DNA from: Candidatus Cryptobacteroides sp.
GTDB taxonomy: Bacteria > Bacteroidota > Bacteroidia > Bacteroidales > UBA932
Direction of reading: 5' to 3'
DNA: 64,000 nt
Assembly (NCBI GenBank): GCA_045614805.1
Contig: JAZLDR010000014.1
Location: 18,015-82,014, forward strand
Below, piece by piece: positions 1-9,535 of the stretch. Position numbers and translations under genes: made by a program. Numbering within the stretch: position 1 is the first letter of the stretch; the number at the start of each line of letters is the position of its first letter. The notes beneath the pieces were generated by a model that was given only the letters and a program-made list of their open reading frames with translations, was not told where the DNA came from and did no database searches.

Positions 1-559
1 GGACGAAAAGCTGGGTGATCGGGTTGGTCTCCACCATCTCATTCACACGTGAATATGTCTTCTGGGTGTCGACGATATTCTTGTCGCCCTTTGCGACAGT
101 CCTGATGATATTGCGTGAATCCACCCACTTTGTAGCAATGCCGACAGAAGCGAACTTGGTGGCGAGAATCTTGGTAGACCACAGTTCTCCGAATCCCTGG
201 ATGGCGTCCAGACTTGTCTGTGACAGCTCTCCAAGAAGGAATACACCCTGGGTGATGCTTCTGAGCGAGTCAAACAGCGAGTCGCAGGTTTCAAGAGTGT
301 CGTCCTGCTTTTCCAGTGGAACGAATTCCCGGATGATATCGTGATGTCTCTGCTGGAGCTCGTCTATGAGGCCTTTGTAGCTTTCGTCACGTTCAGCTGC
401 AAGTGTGCCGATCTTTATGAGAGTGTCCGTACATCCGCTGATGGCAGACGCAACGAGGATGGTCCTGTCGCGGTCCACTGCCTTGGACACTATGTCCACT
501 ACTTTCGCCATGTTCTGGGCGTTCGCTACTGACGATCCGCCGAATTTCAATACCTGCAT
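1..559 (-). CDS. Aspartate kinase, N-terminal part (probably bifunctional aspartokinase/homoserine dehydrogenase); 3' end runs off the window
   Basis: Not in the ORF track. Manual translation from the ATG at 559 gives MQVLKFGGSSVANAQ...ILVASAISGCTDTL...GELWSTKILA, open to base 1. KFGGSS is the aspartokinase signature. Lies directly downstream of metX on the same strand. Confidence 0.9.
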   Translation of the reverse strand, partial: MQVLKFGGSSVANAQNMAKVVDIVSKAVDRDRTILVASAISGCTDTLIKIGTLAAERDESYKGLIDELQQRHHDIIREFVPLEKQDDTLETCDSLFDSLRSITQGVFLLGELSQTSLDAIQGFGELWSTKILATKFASVGIATKWVDSRNIIRTVAKGDKNIVDTQKTYSRVNEMVETNPITQLFV

Positions 560-603
560 ATATCGTGTGTTTTTATCTTTTACTTTTTCCTGGTGCAGGA
601 GAT

Positions 604-1626
604 CTACGGCAGCAACGGCTGAATGATGGCGGTGAGCTGGTCATTTTCCAGCAGGAAGCCGTCATGGCCGAACTTTGATGTTATTTCATGATACCTTGCA
701 CCCGGTATGAATGCTGCGATGAGTTTCTGCTCTTCGACAGGGAAAAGCCTGTCGCTGTCAATGCCGATCACCGTGCACTCTGTCCTGATGGTACCCAGAG
801 CCTTTTCCACTCCTCCGCGTCCTCTGCCGACATTGTTGCTGTCCACGGACCTGCACAGGTAGTAATATGAATATGCGTCAAATCTGTCGGCGAGCTTCTT
901 GCCCTGATATCTCTGGTAGGATCCTGCCCTGTCTGCGAACAGACAGTCATCGTCCTTTTCACCCTGTGTGGCATTATAGCCTTCGTAGCTTCTGTATGAA
1001 ATCAGTGCTATGCTGCGTGCGCATTTCAGACCGGCCTCCCCGCCTTTCAGACTTGCGCACTCGCGGAACGTAGGGTCCGCCTCCAAGGCCATCCTCATGG
1101 ATTCGTTGAATGCTGTCAGCCAAGGGGTGACTCTTGCTCCGCATGCAATGTACACAGCCTTGCGGATTACTTCCGGCTTCATTATAGACCACTCGATTGA
1201 CTGGAAGCCTCCGATCGATCCTCCGACCATAAAGTCGATATGCTCAATGCCAAGGTGCTGACGAACGAGGTCGTTTGCACGGACAATATCTCTGACAGTT
1301 ATGAAAGGGAAGTCAAAATAGAACGGCTTGCCTGTTTCCGGATTTATGCTTGACGGACCAGAAGAACCGTATGCAGATCCCAGCATATTGGCACAGACAA
1401 CAAAATATTTTTCTGTGTCGAACAGCCTGCCCGGTCCGACGAGTTCCGGCCACCAGTCTTCCGCATCTGAGTTTGCTGTCAGTGCGTGGCATATCCAGAT
1501 CACCTTGCGTCCGTCGTCCTTCTGCCACTCACGCTCCGAGCGGTGGTATACCACTTTCAGGCCGCGGACGGAACCGCCTGCCTCGAACTCAAATTCTCCC
1601 TCGTGTATATATTCGCATTGTGTCAT
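604..1626 (-). CDS. metX: Homoserine O-acetyltransferase (alpha/beta hydrolase)
   Basis: Motifs CHALT, GGSIGG (nucleophile Ser), IDSD and GHDGFL. Start moved from 1686 to the ATG at 1626 because a TATCTTTG -7 box lies at 1656-1649. Confidence 0.92.
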   Translation of the reverse strand: MTQCEYIHEGEFEFEAGGSVRGLKVVYHRSEREWQKDDGRKVIWICHALTANSDAEDWWPELVGPGRLFDTEKYFVVCANMLGSAYGSSGPSSINPETGKPFYFDFPFITVRDIVRANDLVRQHLGIEHIDFMVGGSIGGFQSIEWSIMKPEVIRKAVYIACGARVTPWLTAFNESMRMALEADPTFRECASLKGGEAGLKCARSIALISYRSYEGYNATQGEKDDDCLFADRAGSYQRYQGKKLADRFDAYSYYYLCRSVDSNNVGRGRGGVEKALGTIRTECTVIGIDSDRLFPVEEQKLIAAFIPGARYHEITSKFGHDGFLLENDQLTAIIQPLLP

Positions 1627-1707
1627 ATCATTCTCAATCAGAAGAGTGCAAAGATACATTATTTTCCCCTTAAAACGGGAGTACAAATATGGTACAATGG
1701 TAAGATA

Positions 1708-1784
1708 TATGCAATCATTCTGTAAAAATTAGAAAATTATTCTAAATTTGTCGGCTAATAGGCGATATACAGAATAAAATTCTG
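1708..1784. promoter_or_regulatory. Divergent metX/lrp control region with Lrp-type palindromes
   Basis: TAGAAAATTATTCTA (1730-1744) fits the Lrp consensus YAGHAWATTWTDCTR. CAGAATAAAATTCTG (1770-1784) is a second palindrome. The TAAATTTG -7 box at 1743-1750 overlaps the first site. Confidence 0.6.
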
Positions 1785-1826
1785 CAAAATATCGCACACT
1801 GAGTTTAAAACACCTTAATAAAAGTC

Positions 1827-2294
1827 ATGGAAACGTTGGACAGGACAGACATTCTTATACTGCGTGAACTGCAGAAGGATGCGAATATTACCACCAAGGA
1901 GTTGGCAGCTAGGGTCAACCTTTCCCCGTCGCCAGTATTCGAAAGGCAGAAAAGACTCGAAAGGGAAGGGTATATCAGGAAATATGTGGCTGTAGTCGAT
2001 CCTATCAAGGCGGGGAATGGCATTATGGTCCTGTGCAATGTGCGTCTGAAACATCATAGCAAGGAGTATAGTCAGCAGTTTACTTCCGTGATAGCTGTAA
2101 TCGATGAAGTTGTGGAGTGCTTCAATACTTCAGGCGAGTATGATTACCAGCTGAAGATATATGCGAGGAATATGCAGGATTACCAGAACTTTGTCCTCGG
2201 TACTCTCGGTGATCTCGACTGTATAGGCTCGCTGCATAGCGTTTTTGTCATCGGCGAAGTGAAGAACTCGTATTGCGTGCCGGTGAAGGCGTGA
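1827..2294 (+). CDS. Lrp/AsnC family transcriptional regulator
   Basis: 155 aa. N-terminal LDxxDxxILxxLQxDA HTH; C-terminal SGEYDY AsnC ligand-binding domain. Confidence 0.95.
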   Translation: METLDRTDILILRELQKDANITTKELAARVNLSPSPVFERQKRLEREGYIRKYVAVVDPIKAGNGIMVLCNVRLKHHSKEYSQQFTSVIAVIDEVVECFNTSGEYDYQLKIYARNMQDYQNFVLGTLGDLDCIGSLHSVFVIGEVKNSYCVPVKA

Positions 2295-2402
2295 AATGAA
2301 ATCGTTTGATACACATTGTATTAACTATGTTTGCCTGCATGGAAAGTCAGGCAGGCAAAACCAGATAAGTAATTGATTGACAATATATTATATTTAACGG
2401 AT

Positions 2403-4265
2403 ATGATAGCGACACTTATAATACTTTTGATTTCAGCTGTGCTTTTTGTCAGCGGAAGAGTACGTTCCGATCTGGTGGCCATATGTGCATTGCTGGCCCT
2501 GCTGCTGTGCCAGATACTTACACCGGCAGAGGGACTTTCGGGATTTTCGAACACTACTGTCATCATGATGATAGGCCTCTTTATAGTCGGAGGTGGAATT
2601 TTCCAGACAGGTCTGGCCAAGATGATAGGCAGCAAGGTGATGACTCTGGCGGGCAACAGCGAGCTCAGGCTCTTCCTCCTTGTGATGATAGTTACATCTG
2701 CAATCGGAATGTTCGTGAGCAATACAGGTACGGTCGCCCTCATGCTGCCGATAGTCGTCAGCATGGCAGCGGCGGCGGGCACTTCGCCCCGCCGCCTGCT
2801 GATGCCGCTGGCCTTCGCCAGCAGCATGGGCGGCATGATGACCCTCATCGGTACACCTCCCAACCTCATCGTCAGCGACACCCTCCAGAGTGCAGGCCTC
2901 GAGCCACTCGCATTCTTCTCCTTCCTCCCTGTAGGTCTGGTGACCCTTATAGTCGGCATCCTCTATCTTCTCCCAGCAACAAAGGCACTGACAGCCAAGG
3001 ACAAGACCAGGGACAGGAAATCATCAGGCAAGTCGCTCAAGGAACTTGTCAATGAATACGGAGTCACATCCAACCTTTTCCGTGTCCATGTAAAGGACGA
3101 AAACTCATCAGCCATCGGAAAGACAGTCGTTGACCTGAATATCTACAGAGAATATGGTGTGAACGTCCTTGAACTCAGACGAAGCACAGGACCGAACCGT
3201 TTTGTACGCACTGTAAACCAGCAGCTTGCATCTCCAGAACTGGTCATCCGCCAGGGTGACGTTCTCTATCTTTCAGGGGAGCCGGCACAGATAGACAGAC
3301 TGGCCAGGGACTATGCCCTCAGACTGCTCGACAGGCATACGGATGAAGTCGACGGCAGCTCTTCAAACCCGTCTCTGGACTTCTTCGACATCGGAGTTGC
3401 CGAGATCCTTATAATGCCGACATCGTCAATGATCAACCGCACCATCATCGAGGCAGGATTCAGAAGCAAATTCAATGTCAATATACTGGGAATCAGGAGA
3501 AAGCAGGACTATATCCTCAATGACCTCGGAACCTGCAAGATGCATGACGGCGACGTCCTCCTCGTACAGGGAGCCTGGAAGGATATAGCAAGAATGAAGA
3601 ACGAATCAACCAACTGGGTGGTGCTCGGAGAGCCTCTCGAAGCCGCATCGAAAGTGACGCTCGACTACAAGGCTCCGATTGCAGCCGCCATAATGATCGC
3701 AATGATCGTCATGATGGTGGTAGACAGCATTCCTGTGGCCCCGGTGACATCGGTGCTCCTTGCTGCCGTGCTCATGGTGGTTACAGGCTGTGTCCGTAGT
3801 GTGGAGGCGGCCTACAAGACCATCAACTGGCAGACCATCGTACTTTTCGCGGCCATGCTTCCGATGTCCATCGCATTGGAGAAGACAGGAGTCTCGGCAG
3901 CAATTTCCGAGGCTATCGTAACCGGTCTCGGCGGCAGCGGACCACGCCTTCTTATGGCCGGAATATATGCTGCGACATCTGTCATGACCATATTCATAAG
4001 CAATACGGTTACGGCGGTCCTCATGGCTCCGATCGCACTTCAATGTGCCATGCAGATAGGAGTGAGTCCTGTGCCGTTCATGTTTGCGGTCACTGTGGCT
4101 GCCAGCATGTGCTTCGCATCACCGTTCTCGACACCGCCTAATGCCCTCGTGATGTCAGCGGGACAGTACACCTTCATGGATTACGTCAAGATCGGACTGC
4201 CGCTCCAGATTCTGATGGGAATCGTGATGGTGATAGTCCTCCCTCTGCTGTTCCCGTTTGCATAA
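2403..4265 (+). CDS. SLC13/DASS family permease with two TrkA-C domains
   Basis: Hydrophobic N- and C-terminal halves with SNT and GTPPN/STPPN motifs; soluble middle region with TrkA-C-like repeats (GDVLYL, GDVLLV). Confidence 0.9.
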   Translation: MIATLIILLISAVLFVSGRVRSDLVAICALLALLLCQILTPAEGLSGFSNTTVIMMIGLFIVGGGIFQTGLAKMIGSKVMTLAGNSELRLFLLVMIVTSAIGMFVSNTGTVALMLPIVVSMAAAAGTSPRRLLMPLAFASSMGGMMTLIGTPPNLIVSDTLQSAGLEPLAFFSFLPVGLVTLIVGILYLLPATKALTAKDKTRDRKSSGKSLKELVNEYGVTSNLFRVHVKDENSSAIGKTVVDLNIYREYGVNVLELRRSTGPNRFVRTVNQQLASPELVIRQGDVLYLSGEPAQIDRLARDYALRLLDRHTDEVDGSSSNPSLDFFDIGVAEILIMPTSSMINRTIIEAGFRSKFNVNILGIRRKQDYILNDLGTCKMHDGDVLLVQGAWKDIARMKNESTNWVVLGEPLEAASKVTLDYKAPIAAAIMIAMIVMMVVDSIPVAPVTSVLLAAVLMVVTGCVRSVEAAYKTINWQTIVLFAAMLPMSIALEKTGVSAAISEAIVTGLGGSGPRLLMAGIYAATSVMTIFISNTVTAVLMAPIALQCAMQIGVSPVPFMFAVTVAASMCFASPFSTPPNALVMSAGQYTFMDYVKIGLPLQILMGIVMVIVLPLLFPFA

Positions 4266-4270
4266 AGCTG

Positions 4271-4352
4271 TTTTGGCATGCCTAAAATATAAGATTAATC
4301 AAAAGGATTTGCCCCTCAGGCGCACTATATCTTATTTTAGGCTTGGCCAAAA
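4271..4352. repeat. Imperfect ~25-bp inverted repeat directly after the permease stop codon
   Basis: TTTTGGCATGCCTAAAATATAAGAT (4271-4295) pairs with ATCTTATTTTAGGCTTGGCCAAAA (4329-4352). Confidence 0.6.
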
Positions 4353-4422
4353 ATCTAAGCATTAATTCCAAACTTCTAAGATATCTTTGATTTTAAATTT
4401 ATAGTTTTGTAAAAAGATAACA

Positions 4423-4557
4423 GTGCTTTGGGAGAAGGGTGATGACCTTATCGGTGACCCGCCTTTCGAGCCTCAGGGTATGTTCTCGGTATATGATTGC
4501 GATACCACTACTCTTGCTGTCATCAAGGCAGCCAATGATAAGATTTTGGGTAAATAA
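4423..4557 (+). pseudogene. C-terminal remnant of a GH5 beta-mannanase-like gene
   Basis: Frame reads VLWEKGDDLIGDPPFEPQGMFSVYDCDTTTLAVIKAANDKILGK-stop. The W..GD...GDP..E.QG..SV.D pattern resembles GH5 mannanase C-termini as I recall them. There is an in-frame TAG at 4402 upstream. Confidence 0.6.
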
Positions 4558-4559
4558 GA

Positions 4560-5801
4560 ATGAAGAAGATATTGTTTCTTTGTATCATCACTTTGCTTGC
4601 GGCCTCTTGTAATAAAGGACCGCAAGCAAATGGTAATGAGCAGGATAAGCCATCCGGTGACATTGTTGGTGCCGTGCCGACTACGGCTATGGCTGTCGTA
4701 AACATAGTTACCGATGATAATGCTCCTATCGTTTCGAAGGAGGAATATATAAAGGCAAACGTTACCATTACTACTGCTGACGGGGTCACTACAGATGTGA
4801 TGAGAACCAATATACGTGGTAGGGGAAACTCAAGCTGGTATAATGCGGAGAAGAAGTCCTATCGTCTTAAGTTCGATGAGAAGCAGTCTCTTCTGGGCAG
4901 AGGCAAGGATAAGAGCTGGTCACTTATCGCCAACTATTTTGACAAGACCTTGCTCCGAAATGAGCTTGCTTTCCATATGAGCCGTCTGAGCCGTCTTGCC
5001 TACACTCCTGCAACTGATTACGTTGAGGTCTATCTGAATGGTTCTTATGAAGGAGTATATGTGCTCTGTGACCATCTCAAGACCGGATCCCACCGAATGG
5101 ACGCGGATTACCTTATGGAGATTGATGTAAGGGCGGAAGAAGAAGATATACAGGTACACTTGACATATCTTGGCCAGCCTGTGGTCGTGAAAGATCCGGA
5201 TGACATCTCGTATGATAGTGAGGAGTATACCTACATCTCCGGCTTCCTGACTGCAGCAGAAAATGCTCTTTATTCACCTGCATATACATCTCCTGACACA
5301 GGTTACAGACAGTATTTCGATCTGGATTCGTTTGTGGACTGGTATCTGATCAACGAGATCGCGAAGAACAATGATGCAGTCCTGTATACAAGCTGCTATA
5401 TGAATCATAATGAGGGCGGCAAGCTTTGCATGGGCCCTGTGTGGGATTTTGATATAGCTTTCGGTAATGTCAACTATAATGACAATGATAAGCCTGAGGG
5501 TGTTTGGATCGAGCGCTCGTCATGGTACCATCATCTCATTTCTGATCCGGCCTTTCTGGCTATGGTGAAGGAACGCTTCATGTTCTACTACAATATGCAG
5601 GATGACCTGTATAAGTTCATAGATGACCATGCGGCATATCTGAAGCCTTATATTGATAAGAATGAGGAGCGTTGGCATACGTTGAACACATTCCTTTGGC
5701 CGAATCCCGTGGTATTCGAGACTTATCAGGAGCATATCGATTCGTTGAAGGATTGGCTGGATGCACGTCTTGAGTGGATGAAACAAAACTACGGATTATA
5801 A
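4560..5801 (+). CDS. CotH kinase family lipoprotein
   Basis: Lipobox LAASC; motifs RGRGNSSW, KKSYRLK, LIANYFDKTLLRN and GPVWDFDIAFG. Confidence 0.9.
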   Translation: MKKILFLCIITLLAASCNKGPQANGNEQDKPSGDIVGAVPTTAMAVVNIVTDDNAPIVSKEEYIKANVTITTADGVTTDVMRTNIRGRGNSSWYNAEKKSYRLKFDEKQSLLGRGKDKSWSLIANYFDKTLLRNELAFHMSRLSRLAYTPATDYVEVYLNGSYEGVYVLCDHLKTGSHRMDADYLMEIDVRAEEEDIQVHLTYLGQPVVVKDPDDISYDSEEYTYISGFLTAAENALYSPAYTSPDTGYRQYFDLDSFVDWYLINEIAKNNDAVLYTSCYMNHNEGGKLCMGPVWDFDIAFGNVNYNDNDKPEGVWIERSSWYHHLISDPAFLAMVKERFMFYYNMQDDLYKFIDDHAAYLKPYIDKNEERWHTLNTFLWPNPVVFETYQEHIDSLKDWLDARLEWMKQNYGL

Positions 5802-5977
5802 TGAAACATATTATGACCTTGGCGTACAGTTGTCTCATATCTGAAATTTCTCTTTGAGAGGAAATGTCGAGCATAGCTTCAGGGCTGACACCCGCGAAGG
5901 AAACATCGCTTTCGGATTTATGAGAAAACTGAACCAGAGGTTTTCAGATGCAGTAAAACAATCACAATTATAATGAC

Positions 5978-8539
5978 ATGAACAGATTTCTGATTATTCT
6001 TTCTCTGCTTATGTGTGCCGCATGTGCACAGGAGGCAGCGATTACTGACATGAAATGTGAGTCTCTCGAGTGCCCGCTTGCAGTAGACTCGCAGTCACCT
6101 AGATTTACATGGACTTATACAGAGGCAGCCGGAGAAGATTTCGTGCCTGCCGGACACAGTGTTGATGTGGCTGTATGTCCTGATGCTCTTGAAGGAGCAG
6201 GTATGCCTGAACTTATGCCGTTTACCGACTATTATTGGCGTGTGACAGTGTGGAATGAGGATAAGAGCAAGGTGCTTGTGTCCCCTGTGTCGCGTTTCTC
6301 TACCGGTCCTATGTCTATGGAAGACTGGACAGCAGTATGGATCAGCGACTGCGATGACAAGGATAAGCCGTCTGTGCCTATGCTCAGAAAGGAGTTCGAG
6401 GTGAAGGGTGATGTGTCCAAGGCGGTCCTTTACATGAGTGCCGCTGCTTATGCAAAGGTGGCCATCAACGGTGAGAAGGCCTTCAATGCAAGACTGGAGC
6501 CTGGATATACAGCATACGACAAGAGAAATCTGTTCAATGCATATGATATCACATCTCTTCTGGAGAATGGAGAGAACTGCATCACAGCTGTGCTCGGAAA
6601 CGGTTTCTACAATGAGATTCAGCCAGTATGTACCTGGTATTTTGAGAATGCTGCATGGAGAGGCCGTGCCAGGATGATTGCGGAGCTTCATATCACTTAT
6701 GAAGACGGCACCAAGGAAATCGTACCTACTGACAATTCATGGAAGGCTACAGACAACGGACCTTATATCACCAATAACATCTATGCCGGTGACGTGTATG
6801 ATGCACGCAAGGAAATGCCTCTTTGGGACATGCCTGGCTTTGATGACAGCGATTGGACTCCGGCTGTAGAACTTGCACATCCTTCTCCGCTTCTCAAGTC
6901 GCAGATGATGCCGTCTATCGCAGAAGTACGCAGAATCCGTCCGGTTGCAGTGAAGTCGTGGGGTGACACAACCTATGTCTTTGATTTCGGAGAGAATCTG
7001 GCGGGTGTCTGCGAGATCTCCGTATCGGGAGAAGAGGGAACACAAATGACTCTTGAGCATGGTGAGATCCAGCTCGAGGACGGTACAATCGAATACTGCA
7101 ATATCGATTGCTATTTCCTTGAGTATCCTGGATATGAGTTCCAGAAGGATACATATTACCTTAAGGGAGAAGGAACAGAGGTTTGGAGTCCTTCATTCAA
7201 CTATCACGGCTTCAGATATGCCGAGGTCAATATTGACCGTCCTATGAAGCTCGACCTTAACAGCATAACCGCTCTCAAGGTGCATACGGATGTGGCTTCC
7301 ACAGGTAATTTCGAGTGCTCTAATCAGGTGCTGAATCAGGTGTGGGAGATGGCCCGCCGTACTTATCTGAACAATTTCCACTCTATCTTCACTGACTGCC
7401 CGCAGAGAGAGAAGAACGGCTGGACAGCAGACAACTTCCTCACTACAGAGCTGGCGTTCCTCAACTTCGATGTTGCTCCATACTTCCTGAACAAATGGCC
7501 ATATGACGTCGTGGACAACATCCGCGAGGACGGACGTCTGTCAGGTATCATGCCTGACTGGGGATGGGGCTATCTTGACTGGATCGGACCTGTATGGGAT
7601 TCTTCTATCTTCTCTATTGCAGAGTTTGCTTACGACTATACTGGAGTAAGTTCTCATATCAAGGCTTTGTGGCCTGTTTACAAGAGATATCTTGAATATC
7701 TCAAGACAAGGGAGGAGGCAGACGGCCTTCCTACATACGGAATCGGAGACTGGGTATATCTCAATGTCGCTACTCCAACCGAGTTCACAACTCCTTGCTT
7801 CTACTACAAGGATTACTGCGTGATGGCTCGTTTCGCTCCTCTCATGGGCGAGGATCCTGCTCCATACGAGGCGAAGGCAAAGGCTATCCGTGACGCAATC
7901 AATGCGAAGTGGTTCAATTATGAGACCAACCTCTATGCGAACGGTTCACAGGCCGCACAGGGTGTAGCCCTTTATCTGGGTGTAGTTCCGGAAGGAAGGG
8001 AGCAGGCTGTAGCAGACAATCTTGCTCAGAGCATCATTGATAACGATTATCTTCTTGAGTTCGGCTCGATGGGCAGCAAGACAGTGCCTCGTATGCTGAC
8101 CAAGTACGGCCATGTGCAGGTGGCTTACGATATGGCTGTGAAGGAGGAAAGTCCTAACTGGGGCGGTTGGATCAAGAAGGGCATGACTACCCTTTGCGAG
8201 ACATGGGTGCTCAGGGCAGACTGGATGGATGCTTCTCTCAACCATGCTTTCCTCGGAGATATCGCTGCATGGTACGTGAGCGACCTTGTCGGCATCAACT
8301 ATTCAAAGGACAAGCCTGGATTTGCCCACGTGGTCATAGCTCCTCATTTCCCTGAAGGATTGGATTATGCTTCAGCAAGTTATGACAGCATTCAGGGACG
8401 CATCAACGCATCATGGAAGCGTTGCGGCGACAAGATCTGCGTGAAGGCGGACATCCCTGTCGGATGTACTGCAGAACTCAAGCTTCAGGATGGAACTGCA
8501 ATGGCTCTCACTCCTGGTGAGAATGTCGTGAAGCTTTAA
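5978..8539 (+). CDS. Alpha-L-rhamnosidase (GH78)
   Basis: Motifs DFGENLAG, FNYHGFRY, TDCPQREKNGWTAD, GDW, TTLCETW and SLNH; signal peptide; next to the rha genes. Confidence 0.93.
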   Translation: MNRFLIILSLLMCAACAQEAAITDMKCESLECPLAVDSQSPRFTWTYTEAAGEDFVPAGHSVDVAVCPDALEGAGMPELMPFTDYYWRVTVWNEDKSKVLVSPVSRFSTGPMSMEDWTAVWISDCDDKDKPSVPMLRKEFEVKGDVSKAVLYMSAAAYAKVAINGEKAFNARLEPGYTAYDKRNLFNAYDITSLLENGENCITAVLGNGFYNEIQPVCTWYFENAAWRGRARMIAELHITYEDGTKEIVPTDNSWKATDNGPYITNNIYAGDVYDARKEMPLWDMPGFDDSDWTPAVELAHPSPLLKSQMMPSIAEVRRIRPVAVKSWGDTTYVFDFGENLAGVCEISVSGEEGTQMTLEHGEIQLEDGTIEYCNIDCYFLEYPGYEFQKDTYYLKGEGTEVWSPSFNYHGFRYAEVNIDRPMKLDLNSITALKVHTDVASTGNFECSNQVLNQVWEMARRTYLNNFHSIFTDCPQREKNGWTADNFLTTELAFLNFDVAPYFLNKWPYDVVDNIREDGRLSGIMPDWGWGYLDWIGPVWDSSIFSIAEFAYDYTGVSSHIKALWPVYKRYLEYLKTREEADGLPTYGIGDWVYLNVATPTEFTTPCFYYKDYCVMARFAPLMGEDPAPYEAKAKAIRDAINAKWFNYETNLYANGSQAAQGVALYLGVVPEGREQAVADNLAQSIIDNDYLLEFGSMGSKTVPRMLTKYGHVQVAYDMAVKEESPNWGGWIKKGMTTLCETWVLRADWMDASLNHAFLGDIAAWYVSDLVGINYSKDKPGFAHVVIAPHFPEGLDYASASYDSIQGRINASWKRCGDKICVKADIPVGCTAELKLQDGTAMALTPGENVVKL

Positions 8540-8547
8540 TTTCAGAA

Positions 8548-9417
8548 TCAGACGTTTCTGAAATCGCTCGGAGTCATACCGATACGTTTGCGGAATACAG
8601 TGGCAAAGTATTCGGGGCTGTCAAAGTGAAGGATATATGCAATTTCCTTGATTGAGGCATTTGTACTCCTGAGTATTTCCTTGGCTCTATGAAGCTTGAG
8701 GTTCATGAAATATTGTGCAGGTGACAGACCTGTATATCTTTTGAAGGCATGCCGGAATGTAGTATAGCTCATATTAAGTTGAGCAGCTACTTCCGGCATT
8801 GCCATATCTGTCTCTATCGCCTCATACATAATGGATTTTGCTTTGTCAATCTTTTTCAGAAGTGCATCGTCTGGCTGGATGCGGTTGATGTGACTGGTCA
8901 TGAACATCAGTCCGAGAATGTGGTTTACGATGCCGGCGAGCAGCATCTGGAAGTATGGAGCCTGTTTCTTTGCAGTACGGATGGCTACTGAGTATAGTTC
9001 CACAAGAGTTTCATTGTAACCTACGTGGTATACGGGATTCTCCACAGAGAAGAAGCCTACCTCTGTTCTGTGGTCGATATTATAGCCTCTGAACCCTATC
9101 CAATATTCTTTCCATCCGGTTTCCGGCAGTGGATGATATGAGTGCCACTCTCCCGGAAACAGAAGGAACATGTCGCCGCTCTTGATGTTGAAATCTCCGC
9201 CGCTGCGGGTGTGCAGGATTCCCTCGCCTTCGACTATATACAGCAGCTGATACTCCGACAGAATACGTCCGTTGGTCGGGTTGAACAGATACTCGCTGCT
9301 GTGTTTCTGAGGAGGGTATTCTTCCCCTGCTCCGACATTCTGATAGCCTACTGAACATACTGTCAGACCCCATTGCTGGTCGCGGTCATTTGTTGCGATA
9401 TATTTGATTGGTTCCAT
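8548..9417 (-). CDS. AraC family regulator (RhaR-like), divergent from the rha operon
   Basis: Cupin N-terminus (LFPGEWHSY) and AraC HTH (IKEIAYILHFDSPEYFATVFRKRIGMTPSDFR). Confidence 0.9.
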   Translation of the reverse strand: MEPIKYIATNDRDQQWGLTVCSVGYQNVGAGEEYPPQKHSSEYLFNPTNGRILSEYQLLYIVEGEGILHTRSGGDFNIKSGDMFLLFPGEWHSYHPLPETGWKEYWIGFRGYNIDHRTEVGFFSVENPVYHVGYNETLVELYSVAIRTAKKQAPYFQMLLAGIVNHILGLMFMTSHINRIQPDDALLKKIDKAKSIMYEAIETDMAMPEVAAQLNMSYTTFRHAFKRYTGLSPAQYFMNLKLHRAKEILRSTNASIKEIAYILHFDSPEYFATVFRKRIGMTPSDFRNV

Positions 9418-9535
9418 AGTAAATTTTAATGTTCACAAAAATAGTCAATAAATTCAGACTGATTGCCAAAAATCAAATTGTATAATATCTTTAAAAATTA
9501 TAATTTTGTTGGTCTCTCAAAGAATTTATACTACT

